Source: an uncultured Antarcticibacterium sp.
Lineage (GTDB): Bacteria; Bacteroidota; Bacteroidia; Flavobacteriales; Flavobacteriaceae
Length of the DNA stretch: 64,000 nt
Reading direction: 5' to 3'
NCBI GenBank assembly: GCA_964639695.1
Contig: CAZXEY010000001.1
Location: 3,448-67,447 of the forward strand
Both the position numbers and the translations under genes were made by a program. This document shows positions 38,292 through 48,824 of the stretch, piece by piece. Each line of letters opens with the position of its first letter. Within the stretch, counting starts at the first letter, position 1. The notes under the pieces are model-generated. The model did no database searches, was not told the DNA's origin, and saw only the letters and a list, made by a program, of their open reading frames with translations.

Positions 38292-39974
38292 ATGACAGGA
38301 ATTCTTTTTAATTTTATAACTGGTTTATTTTCAAAAGCAACTCCTGCACATTATAATCCTAGAAAAATAGCAGGATTACCGCTAGTTGCTTTCTTTTTTA
38401 TCCTTTCATTTTCCGCTTTTTCCCAAGAACCAAGCATTTCTTCGGGGATTGATACTACTGCAATAAAAATTGGGGAACAAATAACTTATAGCATTGAAGT
38501 TGAAGCTGATTCTACCCGATTAGTTGTTTTTCCCGAAGGACAATCCTTCAATCCGTTAGAAGTTGTAGAGTCTTTAAAAGCAGATACTACCAGGGTAGAG
38601 GACAGGTTCAGGCTTATTAAAAAATACCTTCTTACCCAGTTCGATTCGGGAAGTTATACAATCCCGCAGCAAAGGGTTATAATTAATGACACCCCTTATT
38701 TTACAGATTCAGTGAGGGTCGAAGTTGCCAATGTAGTTGTTGATACTACTAAACAAAAGATGTATTCCATTAAACCGGCAATGGAGGTTCCTTCCACTTT
38801 TAATATTCCTGTTTGGATTTGGTGGATGCTGGGAATTTTACTAATAGCAGGGTTAATCTTTTATTTCTTCCGAAGAAGAAGAAAGAAAAAAATGGAGGCC
38901 GCAAAAATTTTACCTCCCTACGAAAGGGCGATGCTGGAATTGCAGCAGCTGGATGAGTCTCATTTACTTGAAAACAGGGAAACCAAAGAATATTATTCCA
39001 AATTAACTGAAGCTGTGCGTCGTTACCTGGAAGATGAGGTGAACTTAAGGGCGATGGAAAGTACTACCTCAGAACTTATTACATATCTGGAATTAAGGAT
39101 GCAATCTGGTGACCTAAAACTTTCCAGAGAAACAATTGATAATTTAAAGATCATCTTACAAAGAGCCGATCTTGCCAAATTTGCGAATTCAAAACCAGAT
39201 ATCATTACAGCAAAAGCTGACAGATCGAAGATTGAAAATGTCATAAATGATACTAAAGCCGCTATTCCCGAACCAAGTGAAGAGGAAAGACTGAAGGATG
39301 AAGCTTATAAAAAGGAATTAATCCGCCGCAGAAACAAAAGACGCTTAATTGCAGGAGTTGCAGCAGGTATTGGGGTAATTGCCATTGCAATTGCCATATT
39401 AGTTTCTACAAAAGGGTTTGATTATCTTAAGGAAAGTATTGTAGGCCATCCTACAAAAGAACTTTTGCAGGGAGAATGGATTCGCAGTGAATATGGAGAA
39501 CCCGGTGTTGCGGTAACTACCCCAAGGGTGTTGGTAAGAACTGAAATAGAATTGCCAAAGGAGGCCCAAGAAATGATGGTGGGAAGTGAAACATTTACAG
39601 ACGGGAATATAGCTGGAGATTTTTATGTCATAGTTAGTACCGTAAGATTTAGGGAAGGTGTGAAATTTGATCTCGATAAAGCGGTGGAAGGAATTTACGC
39701 CGAACTTGAAAAAAAGGGTGCAAAAAATATTGTTGTTAAGAATGAAGAGTTTTCTACAATTGAAGGGGTGGAAGGAATAAGAGTATTTGGAAATTTAGAA
39801 TACGAAAATCCTGTGACCGGAGATTTGGAAAGTAAAAATTATTCAATTCTTAATTTTGCTGAAAACGGGGGATTTCAGCAAATAACCGTGATCTATGATG
39901 AGGAGGATAAGTATGCCGATGAAATATCGGGGCGTATAATAAATTCTGTTGAATTTGATAATTCTTTAAACTGA
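38292..39974 (+). CDS. Bat-operon membrane protein (DUF4381/BatD-like)
   Basis: Position between DUF58 and batA; KIGEQI, LTQFDSG, TM helix, ADLAKFA. Confidence 0.75.
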   Translation: MTGILFNFITGLFSKATPAHYNPRKIAGLPLVAFFFILSFSAFSQEPSISSGIDTTAIKIGEQITYSIEVEADSTRLVVFPEGQSFNPLEVVESLKADTTRVEDRFRLIKKYLLTQFDSGSYTIPQQRVIINDTPYFTDSVRVEVANVVVDTTKQKMYSIKPAMEVPSTFNIPVWIWWMLGILLIAGLIFYFFRRRRKKKMEAAKILPPYERAMLELQQLDESHLLENRETKEYYSKLTEAVRRYLEDEVNLRAMESTTSELITYLELRMQSGDLKLSRETIDNLKIILQRADLAKFANSKPDIITAKADRSKIENVINDTKAAIPEPSEEERLKDEAYKKELIRRRNKRRLIAGVAAGIGVIAIAIAILVSTKGFDYLKESIVGHPTKELLQGEWIRSEYGEPGVAVTTPRVLVRTEIELPKEAQEMMVGSETFTDGNIAGDFYVIVSTVRFREGVKFDLDKAVEGIYAELEKKGAKNIVVKNEEFSTIEGVEGIRVFGNLEYENPVTGDLESKNYSILNFAENGGFQQITVIYDEEDKYADEISGRIINSVEFDNSLN

Positions 39975-40978
39975 TGTTTAACAATTATGTTTTCGAAAAT
40001 CCTGGATTCTTCTGGCTTTTGCTCTTATTACCATTAGCAGCAGGATGGTATTTCTGGAAGCGTAATAAAGTACAGGCAGAATTAAGGATTTCAAGTATTA
40101 AGGGATTTAAAGCTAAAAGAAGTGTACTGCCCACATTAAAACATGGGCTCTTTATATTAAGATTAATTGCTTTGGCCTTTCTAATTGCAGCTATGGCGAG
40201 GCCAAGGACTACAGATGTTTCTACCAGATCTTCCTCCACCCAGGGAATAGATATTGTGCTTTCCATAGATATCTCTGCCAGTATGCTTGCAAGAGATCTA
40301 AAGCCTAACCGGCTTGAGGCATTAAAAGAAGTTGCCGCCGAGTTTATAAAAGGTCGCCCTGCAGACAGAATAGGGCTTGTCGTTTATGCAGGTGAAAGTT
40401 ATACCCAAACCCCTGTAACCAGTGATAAGGCAGTAGTTTTGAATGCGCTTGAAAACATAGAATATAATAATGCACTTGAGAATGGTACGGCCATTGGAAT
40501 GGGATTGGCAACTTCCGTTAACAGGTTAAAAGACAGTAAAGCAAAAAGCAAGGTGGTAATATTACTAACAGATGGAGTAAATAATGCAGGATTTATAGAT
40601 CCTAAAATAGCCAGCGAACTTGCAGTGGAGTATGGAATTAAAACTTATACGATTGGAGTAGGAAGCAATGGAATGGCATTGTCTCCAATCAATATTGCAC
40701 CCAATGGACAATTTGTTTATGGTAATGTTCCGGTGGAAATAGATGAACAACTTCTGCAGGAAATCGCACAAACAACCGGTGGAAAATATTTCAGGGCCAC
40801 GAACAATGATAAGCTGGAAGAGATTTATGAAGAGATTGACAGTTTGGAAAAAACTGAAATTGAAGAATTTAAATACTATAATTACGAAGAAAAATACCGG
40901 CCATTCCTTATGTTGGCAGGATTGCTGTTGTTAGTTGAATTGTTGTTGAGGTACACCCTCTTCAGGAGTTTTATTTAA
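39974..40978 (+). CDS. batA: Aerotolerance protein BatA (vWA)
   Basis: MARP, DISASM MIDAS, LTDG; operon order. Confidence 0.9.
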   Translation: MFNNYVFENPGFFWLLLLLPLAAGWYFWKRNKVQAELRISSIKGFKAKRSVLPTLKHGLFILRLIALAFLIAAMARPRTTDVSTRSSSTQGIDIVLSIDISASMLARDLKPNRLEALKEVAAEFIKGRPADRIGLVVYAGESYTQTPVTSDKAVVLNALENIEYNNALENGTAIGMGLATSVNRLKDSKAKSKVVILLTDGVNNAGFIDPKIASELAVEYGIKTYTIGVGSNGMALSPINIAPNGQFVYGNVPVEIDEQLLQEIAQTTGGKYFRATNNDKLEEIYEEIDSLEKTEIEEFKYYNYEEKYRPFLMLAGLLLLVELLLRYTLFRSFI

Positions 40979-40989
40979 TTCCTATAACG

Positions 40990-42042
40990 ATGTACGTTTT
41001 AGAAGAAGAAAAATATTTTTGGTTGTTGCTTATCATACCGGTGCTGGTATTGATATATGCATTTGTTTACTTCTGGAAGAAGCGGAAGCAGAAGCAATTT
41101 GCCCAAAAAGATATGCTTAAACAATTAAGCCCTGATAAATCCTGGTTTAAACCTGCAATAAAATTTGTGTTTATTCTTCTGGCTATAATTGCTCTTATTG
41201 TAGCACTGGTAAATCCAAAAATTGGCACGGAAATGGAAACAGTGACCAGAGAAGGAGTGGATATTGTCTTTGCTGTAGATGTATCTAAAAGCATGGAAGC
41301 CGAAGATGTTGCACCAAACAGGCTTGAGAAGTCCAAACAGCTAATAACACAGATCATTAATAATCTTGCCAGTGACAGGATTGGGATCATTGCTTATGCA
41401 GGAAGTGCTTTCCCGCAGTTACCGATAACGACAGATTATTCTTCGGCTAAAATGTTCCTTCAGGCCTTAAATACAGATATGGTTTCTTCACAGGGAACAG
41501 CTATCAATGAAGCTGTGGAACTAGCAAAGACCTATTATAATGAGGAGGATCAAACAAGCAAGGTGCTGGTTATTATAAGTGATGGTGAAGATCATGTGGG
41601 AGAAATTTCTTCAGTAGCAAAAGAAGCTGCAGAACAAGGTATACGAATTATTACTATAGGAGTTGGAACTGCTAAAGGAGGTCCAATCCCCTTAAAAAGA
41701 GGAGGAGTAGTAACCAGCTATAAGAAAGATCAAAACGGGGAGGTGGTAATTACCAAATTGGATGAACCCACTTTGCAGGAGCTGGCTTCTGCCGCAAATG
41801 GGAAATATATTCCCGGGAATGTAACAGCAACAGTGACAGAAGAGATACAGGAAGTATTACAAAACCTGGATAAAACAGAATTTGAAGCAAAACAATTTGC
41901 TAATTATCAGTCGCATTTCCAATGGTTTCTGGGTTTTGCAATTTTGCTTCTTTTTACAGATATATTTCTGTTGGAACGAAAAACAGCGTGGGTAAAACGA
42001 CTAAATCTTTTTAACGAAAGAAAAAATAATAAAAGGAGATGA
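40990..42042 (+). CDS. batB: Aerotolerance protein BatB (vWA)
   Basis: DVSKSM, PITTD, ISDGEDH. Confidence 0.9.
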   Translation: MYVLEEEKYFWLLLIIPVLVLIYAFVYFWKKRKQKQFAQKDMLKQLSPDKSWFKPAIKFVFILLAIIALIVALVNPKIGTEMETVTREGVDIVFAVDVSKSMEAEDVAPNRLEKSKQLITQIINNLASDRIGIIAYAGSAFPQLPITTDYSSAKMFLQALNTDMVSSQGTAINEAVELAKTYYNEEDQTSKVLVIISDGEDHVGEISSVAKEAAEQGIRIITIGVGTAKGGPIPLKRGGVVTSYKKDQNGEVVITKLDEPTLQELASAANGKYIPGNVTATVTEEIQEVLQNLDKTEFEAKQFANYQSHFQWFLGFAILLLFTDIFLLERKTAWVKRLNLFNERKNNKRR

Positions 42043-42914
42043 GAAAGAGAAATACACTCTTAGACTTTAGATCTATACTTACAGGATTAGCGGTATTGTT
42101 GTTTTTTGGAATTTCTAATGCACAATCCTTGCAGGAGGATGACAAAAAAATAGTTCGCGAGACTAATAAACTTCTTCGTAATGCTGAAGAAGAATTAGGA
42201 GAAAATAATTTTGCCCTGGCAGAAGCTAATTACAGAAAGGCTGTATCCAAAGACTCGGAAAGCGTAAAGGCGAGGTACAATATGGCAAATATGTACTATA
42301 GTAAAGAAAAGCCTTCACAGGCTGCTTCCCGTTTATTACAGGCCGCAAAACTAGCCGAAACCAAAGAAGAAAAACATAAGATCTTTCATAACCTTGGAAA
42401 TTCCTTTATGGAGCAAAAGAACTATAAAGGTGCTGTCGAGGCCTATAAAAATGCGTTGAGAAGTAATCCAACTGATGAAGAAACGCGCTACAATTTAGCG
42501 TTGGCCAAGAAGATGCTGGAAAAGGAGCAGGAAGAAAATAAAGGTGGCGGGGACGACAATAAAGAAGAAGATCAAAAGAAAGACGAGCAAAACAAGGGCG
42601 ATAAAGGCGATAAAGAGCAGGAGAAAAACGAAGGCGAGGAAAAAGAGGATCAGGGTGGAGACCAAAAGGAAGATCCTAAGAATGAGCCTGAAAAAGAAGA
42701 TAAAAACGGGCAGCCTAAGGATAAGAAAGAAGATAAAGGAAAAGAAGGAGAGCCTGAACAACAGCAACCTGCACAGCCTCAACCGGGACAACTTTCGCCA
42801 CAGCAGGTGAAGAGTTTACTGGAAGCCATGAATAATGAAGAGAAAAAGGTTCAGGATAAGGTTAATGCCCAAAAAGTAAAAGGTGCTAAAGTAAGAACCG
42901 AGAAGGATTGGTAA
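42039..42914 (+). CDS. batC: BatC TPR protein with charged low-complexity linker
   Basis: TPR, ETRYNLALA, acidic/Lys linker, C-terminal EKDW. Confidence 0.88.
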   Translation: MRKRNTLLDFRSILTGLAVLLFFGISNAQSLQEDDKKIVRETNKLLRNAEEELGENNFALAEANYRKAVSKDSESVKARYNMANMYYSKEKPSQAASRLLQAAKLAETKEEKHKIFHNLGNSFMEQKNYKGAVEAYKNALRSNPTDEETRYNLALAKKMLEKEQEENKGGGDDNKEEDQKKDEQNKGDKGDKEQEKNEGEEKEDQGGDQKEDPKNEPEKEDKNGQPKDKKEDKGKEGEPEQQQPAQPQPGQLSPQQVKSLLEAMNNEEKKVQDKVNAQKVKGAKVRTEKDW

Positions 42915-42932
42915 TTGCATTAGAAAAAGAAT

Positions 42933-44699
42933 TTGAAGATGAATTTTAAGGCTTTTATACTAGCGATATTCTTAGCCATTCCGGTTTTTGGTTTTGCCCA
43001 GGTACAGTTTGTAGCCAAAGCAAGTAAACAAAAATTAGGGGTTAATGAGCGTCTTCGTGTGGATTTTGAAATGAACCAGGACGGAGATAATTTTAAGGCG
43101 CCATCCTTTAGTGGTTTCACGGTGGTTGGTGGTCCCAACCAGGCAGTTAGCAATTCCTGGGTCAACGGGAAGCGTTCCTATTCCAAAGTCTACAGTTATT
43201 TTCTGGCCCCTACGGCACGTGGAAAATTCACTATTGGACAGGCCGAGATTACAGTAGATGGGGAAATATATAAAACATCTCCCATTCCAATAGAGGTAAC
43301 AGCCGCAGTTGATGAACCTACAGATGGGAATAACTCTGATTTTGTCGTATCTGAAAATTTACACCTAGTAGCAGAAATTTCCGATTCCAATCCTTATTTA
43401 AACGAAGCCATTACTGTTGTCTACAAGTTATACGTTAGCCCCAGGGTGAGTGTAAGTAACTGGAGGGAAATGGATAGTCCTGTTTTCAAGGATTTCTGGA
43501 GCCAGAATATTGATATAAAGCAATTAAAAATTGAAACAGGGGAATTCCGGGGCGAGCCCTATCGGTATGTGGTTTTAAGAAAAACGATATTATATCCTCA
43601 AAAAACCGGAGAGCTGGATATTGAGCCGCTTACATTATCTGTGGCCGTAGATGTTCCAAGTGACCGAAGGGACTTTTTTGGTGGTCGCTTATATACCACG
43701 GTAGAAAAAACTGTTGCCGCAGGAAAGAAAACAATTAACGTTAAACCCCTGCCTGAAACAGGTAAACCTATTGATTTTAAAGGTGCCGTGGGTGAATTTA
43801 ATTTTAAAGTCACCCCAAGTAAGACAGAGTTGGCTGCAACAGAATCTTTAAATATTCAGGTGCAGGTAAGTGGAAATGGTAATTTAAAGCTGTTTGAATT
43901 GCCAGAGCTGCAGGTTCCCGGCTCTTTAGAAAAGTACGAACCGGAAAGAACTGAAAATGTTAGAACCGATTTAAATGGCACCCAGGGTACAATAACAGAT
44001 AATTATACTGTTGTTCCAACAAAGCAGGGGAAATTTCCAATTCCGCCACTCACATTTTCATATTTCGACCCGAACAGTAAGACTTATAAAACCGTTAGCT
44101 CCAACGAAATCGTATTAGACGTTGATAAAGCTCCTGCAGGAAGTGTTTATATTCCAAGAGGTAGTGAAACCGGTAAACAACCTATTGGAGTTACAGGAAA
44201 CCAGTTTCGTTACATTAAATTGAACGCAAATTTAAAGCCTGCTAATTCAGGAACCTTTTTTGGCTCTTTGATATTCTGGGGATTAATGGCTTTACCTTTA
44301 GGGTTCATATTTTTAGCTATTTTCCTTGGTAAAAAAAGAGAGGCAATAGCTCAGGATGTGCAGGGGAACAGAATTAGAAAAGCAAACAGGCTTTCCAGAA
44401 AATATCTTTCTTCAGCAAAGAAAAATCTTGGAAATCAAAAAGAATTTTACATTTCCCTGGAAAGAGCCTTGCACAATTTCCTTAAGGCGAAACTTCACAT
44501 TCAAACCAGCGATATGAGCAAGGAAAGGATTAAGACTTTGCTTGATGAAAGAAATGTAAATCCTGTAACCAGCAATGATTTTGTGGCCCTGCTTTCCAGT
44601 TGTGAATTTGCAAGATACACTCCTACTTCTAATGTTACAATGAGGGACGATTATGAAAAAGCATCGGAAATAATTTCAGCCTTAGATAAACAACTATAG
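42933..44699 (+). CDS. batD: BatD oxygen-tolerance protein
   Basis: Signal peptide, GPNQ, FKGAVG, CEFARY. Confidence 0.88.
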   Translation: MKMNFKAFILAIFLAIPVFGFAQVQFVAKASKQKLGVNERLRVDFEMNQDGDNFKAPSFSGFTVVGGPNQAVSNSWVNGKRSYSKVYSYFLAPTARGKFTIGQAEITVDGEIYKTSPIPIEVTAAVDEPTDGNNSDFVVSENLHLVAEISDSNPYLNEAITVVYKLYVSPRVSVSNWREMDSPVFKDFWSQNIDIKQLKIETGEFRGEPYRYVVLRKTILYPQKTGELDIEPLTLSVAVDVPSDRRDFFGGRLYTTVEKTVAAGKKTINVKPLPETGKPIDFKGAVGEFNFKVTPSKTELAATESLNIQVQVSGNGNLKLFELPELQVPGSLEKYEPERTENVRTDLNGTQGTITDNYTVVPTKQGKFPIPPLTFSYFDPNSKTYKTVSSNEIVLDVDKAPAGSVYIPRGSETGKQPIGVTGNQFRYIKLNANLKPANSGTFFGSLIFWGLMALPLGFIFLAIFLGKKREAIAQDVQGNRIRKANRLSRKYLSSAKKNLGNQKEFYISLERALHNFLKAKLHIQTSDMSKERIKTLLDERNVNPVTSNDFVALLSSCEFARYTPTSNVTMRDDYEKASEIISALDKQL

Positions 44700-44701
44700 C
44701 T

Positions 44702-45451
44702 ATGAAAAAATTATTTTTTCTTCTGATATTTTGCTGTGGCTCAATAATAGCCCAGGATTTAGAAGCTGTTTTTCAAAAAGCCAATACTGCTTATAATCAA
44801 GGAAATTATACTGAAGCAATTGAAGGCTATAATGAAATTTTGGAAAGCGGGAATATTTCAGCAGAATTGTATTACAACCTTGCAAATTCTTATTACAAGG
44901 AAAATAAAGTAGCTCCCAGCATCTACTATTACGAAAAAGCCCTTCAACTGGATCCTAATGATGAAGATATAAGGAATAATCTAGCTTTTGCCCAGAGTAT
45001 GGCAATAGATGATATCCAGGAGTCGCCGCGGGTAGGTTTCGATGCATTTTACAGTGATATGACATCCAGTTTGAGCTATAACGGCTGGGCCTGGGTGGCG
45101 GTTACCTTTTCTGTACTCTTTGCTGTGTTCTTTTTAATATACTATTTTTCGATTGTTAGTTTACTAAAGCGGTTGTTTTTCACCCTTGCTTTAGTATCTG
45201 TCATAATAGCTGTAGGATCTGTTTATTTTGCTTATTCACAAGAGCAGAATATGAAAAACAGCCGATACGCTATTGTTTTTGCTGAAGAAGCCATTGTAAG
45301 GAGTGAACCTACCTTAAGGAGTGAGGAAGCTTTTTTACTTCATGAAGGTACAAAACTTCAGGTTTTAGAAACCTATCAAAACTGGATCAAATTGGAATTA
45401 GCCAATGGCACACAGGGTTGGATTGATAAATCTACTGTAAGATTACTGTAA
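44702..45451 (+). CDS. batE: BatE TPR + SH3 protein
   Basis: TPR, two TM helices, LHEGTK...GWI. Confidence 0.88.
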   Translation: MKKLFFLLIFCCGSIIAQDLEAVFQKANTAYNQGNYTEAIEGYNEILESGNISAELYYNLANSYYKENKVAPSIYYYEKALQLDPNDEDIRNNLAFAQSMAIDDIQESPRVGFDAFYSDMTSSLSYNGWAWVAVTFSVLFAVFFLIYYFSIVSLLKRLFFTLALVSVIIAVGSVYFAYSQEQNMKNSRYAIVFAEEAIVRSEPTLRSEEAFLLHEGTKLQVLETYQNWIKLELANGTQGWIDKSTVRLL

Positions 45452-45532
45452 ATAGAAAAACTTTATACATTAGTTTAAATAATAGTATCAATAAGTTATT
45501 CTTATAAAAAGCATTTTGTTAAATTTGCATTT

Positions 45533-45823
45533 ATGAGGATGATAGCTACTTTTTTAATTGCTTTATTTTTGGCTTTTATTGCAGGTCCCACGGTTGTTAC
45601 CTATTTCAATCAGGATGCTGATATTTCCATGGCCTATACTGCAAACGAAGAAGAAAACTCCTCGAAGAATCAAATCGTCTTTGAATTTATAATTCAGGAT
45701 AACCATAAAAAGTCAGAAAGTTGTCATTTTCTTCAGGAACAATCAGCCTTTAATCATTTCTATAAAGAGGGTTATGGGCAATTTATTCTTGAGGTCCTCT
45801 CTCCGCCGCCACGGCAGGCTTAA
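45533..45823 (+). CDS. Small exported/membrane protein ending in SPPP (possible leader peptide)
   Basis: Hydrophobic N-terminus, NEEENSSK, C-terminal EVLSPPPRQA; preceded by TAAATTTG -7 box. Confidence 0.7.
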   Translation: MRMIATFLIALFLAFIAGPTVVTYFNQDADISMAYTANEEENSSKNQIVFEFIIQDNHKKSESCHFLQEQSAFNHFYKEGYGQFILEVLSPPPRQA

Positions 45824-45959
45824 TAATTTCGATGTTATTTATTTACCTCTTATTCCGGTTGTATTAACCGGAACTCAATGCTTTTTAGCATTTAAGGTAA
45901 TTGATTATCAGTTTAATTATTATTCATTATCGAATTTTTTTCGGTATAATATCTATTAT

Positions 45960-47540
45960 ATGTTCAAAAACATAAAAGCAGATTTGCCTGCCAGTTTAGT
46001 TGTATTTTTTGTTGCGTTACCATTGTGTTTAGGGATTGCTCTTGCCAGTGGTGCCCCTTTGTTTTCAGGAATTATTGCCGGGATTATTGGCGGAATTGTA
46101 GTAGGTGCCATTTCCGGTTCCTCAATTGGGGTAAGTGGTCCTGCCGCAGGACTTGCTGTAGTGGTATTAACGGCAATTGCAGATCTTGGAAGCTATGAGT
46201 TGTTTTTAGTCGCAGTAGTTTTTGCAGGGCTTCTTCAAGTAGTCATGGGTTTATTAAAAGCCGGTGTAATTGGATATTATTTTCCATCCTCTGTTATAAA
46301 AGGAATGCTTTCTGCCATTGGTATAATAATTTTTCTGAAGCAAATTCCCTTAGCCTTTGGATACGATCCCGGGGAAAGATCCTTTGCATTCTTTGAAACA
46401 ACAGGATTGGATCTTTATGATGCTCTTACTCATATTTTTGATTCTATTGCTTTGGGAGTTGTGGTTATAACCGCTATTTCCTTAGCAATTTTATTAATAT
46501 GGGATAAGGTTCTCGCTAAAAAGCATAAGTTTTTTAAACTTGTGCCCGGCCCTTTAGTGGCAGTTATCGTGGGTGTTATATACCAACTAATATTTAGTGG
46601 TACAGGAACTGAGCTTGAAATCACCGGCAGTAATTTGGTAACAGTTCCGGTTCCCGATAATGCTACAGATTTTTTTACACAATTTACTTTTCCTGATTTT
46701 AGTCAATTAGGAAATACTAAAGTATATATCGTTGCCATAACTATTGCTATTGTGGCCAGTTTAGAAACATTGCTTAGTGTTGAGGCGACAGATAAACTGG
46801 ATCCTCTTAAAAGAGTTACTCCAACCAACAGGGAGCTTATCGCCCAGGGTGTGGGAAACACCTTTTCCGGGCTCGTAGGGGGGTTACCTATTACTCAGGT
46901 AATTGTTCGTAGTACAGCGAATGTGATGAATGGAGGTAGAACTAAATTATCTGCCATTATTCATGGATTTTTTCTTCTATTAAGTGTTATGTTCGTTGCA
47001 GAGTATCTTAACCTGATCCCCCTGGGAGTACTTGCTGCGGTGCTGCTTATCATAGGTTATAAACTGGCAAACCCAAAACAGTTTCTTCTAATGAAGAAAT
47101 TAGGAAACTCCCAGTTTATTCCATTTGTGGTAACCGTAATTGCAATTGTAGCAACAGATCTTTTAATTGGTATTCTATTAGGGCTTGCAGTGGGGATAAT
47201 AACCATTTTGATTAATAGCTATAAAAATTCACATTTCCTTCATAAGGAGGATAAATCCAATGGTGTCCACAGGATTAAAATGGAACTGGCTGAGGAGGTA
47301 ACTTTTCTTAATAAAGCTGCAATTCAACGGGAATTATATGCTTTGCCCGAAAATACCTATCTTACATTAGACGTGACTAAAACCAAGTCCCTGGACCTGG
47401 ATATCCTCGAAATTTTAGATGATTTTTCTGTTACTGCAGAAAGAAAGAATATTAATATTAAACTGGTATCAGAAAGGGGAGAAGTTGAAAACCCTCACAG
47501 TTACCGGGAGTTTTTTGGAGTGAATGTATTTTCAAAATAA
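45960..47540 (+). CDS. SulP/SLC26 anion (bicarbonate) transporter
   Basis: VALPLCLGIALASGAP, SGPAAG, NRELIAQG, VIVRS; start at ATG 45960. Confidence 0.93.
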   Translation: MFKNIKADLPASLVVFFVALPLCLGIALASGAPLFSGIIAGIIGGIVVGAISGSSIGVSGPAAGLAVVVLTAIADLGSYELFLVAVVFAGLLQVVMGLLKAGVIGYYFPSSVIKGMLSAIGIIIFLKQIPLAFGYDPGERSFAFFETTGLDLYDALTHIFDSIALGVVVITAISLAILLIWDKVLAKKHKFFKLVPGPLVAVIVGVIYQLIFSGTGTELEITGSNLVTVPVPDNATDFFTQFTFPDFSQLGNTKVYIVAITIAIVASLETLLSVEATDKLDPLKRVTPTNRELIAQGVGNTFSGLVGGLPITQVIVRSTANVMNGGRTKLSAIIHGFFLLLSVMFVAEYLNLIPLGVLAAVLLIIGYKLANPKQFLLMKKLGNSQFIPFVVTVIAIVATDLLIGILLGLAVGIITILINSYKNSHFLHKEDKSNGVHRIKMELAEEVTFLNKAAIQRELYALPENTYLTLDVTKTKSLDLDILEILDDFSVTAERKNINIKLVSERGEVENPHSYREFFGVNVFSK

Positions 47541-47566
47541 ATAATCAATAAAATAAAAACAAAATT

Positions 47567-48202
47567 ATGGAAGATTTTTATAACAAGCTTATCGAGAATA
47601 ATAAAAAGTGGGTGGAAACAAAATTAGATTTAGATCCCCAGTATTTTGAAAAACTTTCAAAAGGCCAACAACCTCCACTTTTATGGATAGGCTGTGCCGA
47701 TAGCCGTGTTCCTGCAAATGAAATTATTGGTGCGCAACCGGGCGAAGTTTTTGTTCACAGAAATATTGCCAATATGGTAATACATTCTGATATGAATATG
47801 TTAAGTGTTCTGGATTATGCAGTTAATGCGCTTAAGGTAAAACATGTAATTGTTTGTGGACATTATGGTTGTGGTGGAGTTAATGCTGCTATGACTAATA
47901 AATCTATTGGACTCATTGATAACTGGATTAGGCATATAAAAGATGTTTACAGGTTCCATAAAAAAGAATTGGATAAAATTGAAAATGAAGCAGAGCGTTT
48001 TGACCGTTTTGTGGAATTAAATGTACAGGAGCAGGTTTATGATCTTGCAAAAACTTCTATTGTTCAAAAGGCATGGGAGAATAATCAGGATTTAAGCATC
48101 CATGGCTGGGTCTACGGAATTGGTTCAGGAGTCATTAAGGATCTAGGGGTGAACTTTAGTAGTGACACAGATCTTGAAAAAGTATACCAGTTGGATTTTT
48201 AA
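47567..48202 (+). CDS. can: Beta-carbonic anhydrase
   Basis: GCADSRV, HRNIAN, GHYGCGG. Confidence 0.95.
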   Translation: MEDFYNKLIENNKKWVETKLDLDPQYFEKLSKGQQPPLLWIGCADSRVPANEIIGAQPGEVFVHRNIANMVIHSDMNMLSVLDYAVNALKVKHVIVCGHYGCGGVNAAMTNKSIGLIDNWIRHIKDVYRFHKKELDKIENEAERFDRFVELNVQEQVYDLAKTSIVQKAWENNQDLSIHGWVYGIGSGVIKDLGVNFSSDTDLEKVYQLDF

Positions 48203-48220
48203 TCCGTTTTGTAAATTTTT

Positions 48221-48247
48221 AAAGAGCCGGTTTTAACCGGCTTTTTT
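48221..48247. terminator. Bidirectional terminator
   Basis: AGCCGGTT-TT-AACCGGCT with flanking A/T runs. Confidence 0.75.
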
Positions 48248-48249
48248 AT

Positions 48250-48777
48250 TTATACCTGTTCTTCCTCTTCTTTTACCAGTAAATCAAGTTCTTTTACTTC
48301 CCTTATAATTGAGGGTAAAAATATTGGAGCCATAGCCCGAACAGGTGGATATAAACGTGAAGACTGTAAAGTTTCGTCTTCTACAAGTTGGATATTTTCA
48401 TTTGTAGCGCTAAAAAACATAATTATGACACTGGTAATAAAGGCCACAGAAAGAAATCCAAAGACAGCCCCTAAAAGTTTATTCACAATTCCCAGAGCAG
48501 CAAAATTAGCAACTGTAGTTAAGAATTTCCCGGCAAGGGAAACGGCAAAAACAACCAAAATAAAGGTGATGGCAAAGGCAACAAGGTTGACATAATAGAT
48601 GTTCCAGCTAACTTTTTCAGCCAAATAATCGCTCAGGAAATAAGAGAAATGAAGAGCTATATAAACACCGGCAATAAAAGCTACAAGAGAAGCAAGTTCA
48701 GCAAAAAATCCCCTAAAGAAACCGCGTATGACACCGTAAAAAAGGATCAGGGCTAAAACAATATCAATATTATTCAT
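48250..48777 (-). CDS. CvpA family membrane protein
   Basis: MNNIDIV..GFFRGFFAE, NKLLGAVFG; start moved to ATG 48777. Confidence 0.88.
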   Translation of the reverse strand: MNNIDIVLALILFYGVIRGFFRGFFAELASLVAFIAGVYIALHFSYFLSDYLAEKVSWNIYYVNLVAFAITFILVVFAVSLAGKFLTTVANFAALGIVNKLLGAVFGFLSVAFITSVIIMFFSATNENIQLVEDETLQSSRLYPPVRAMAPIFLPSIIREVKELDLLVKEEEEQV

Positions 48778-48824
48778 GAAATTAATATAGCTTTTACATT
48801 GCCTAAGATACGTATCTTTGCGAA

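Noticed and set aside
42495-42810. Overlapping ORFs within batC
   Set aside because: Shadow frames of the purine-rich low-complexity BatC linker.
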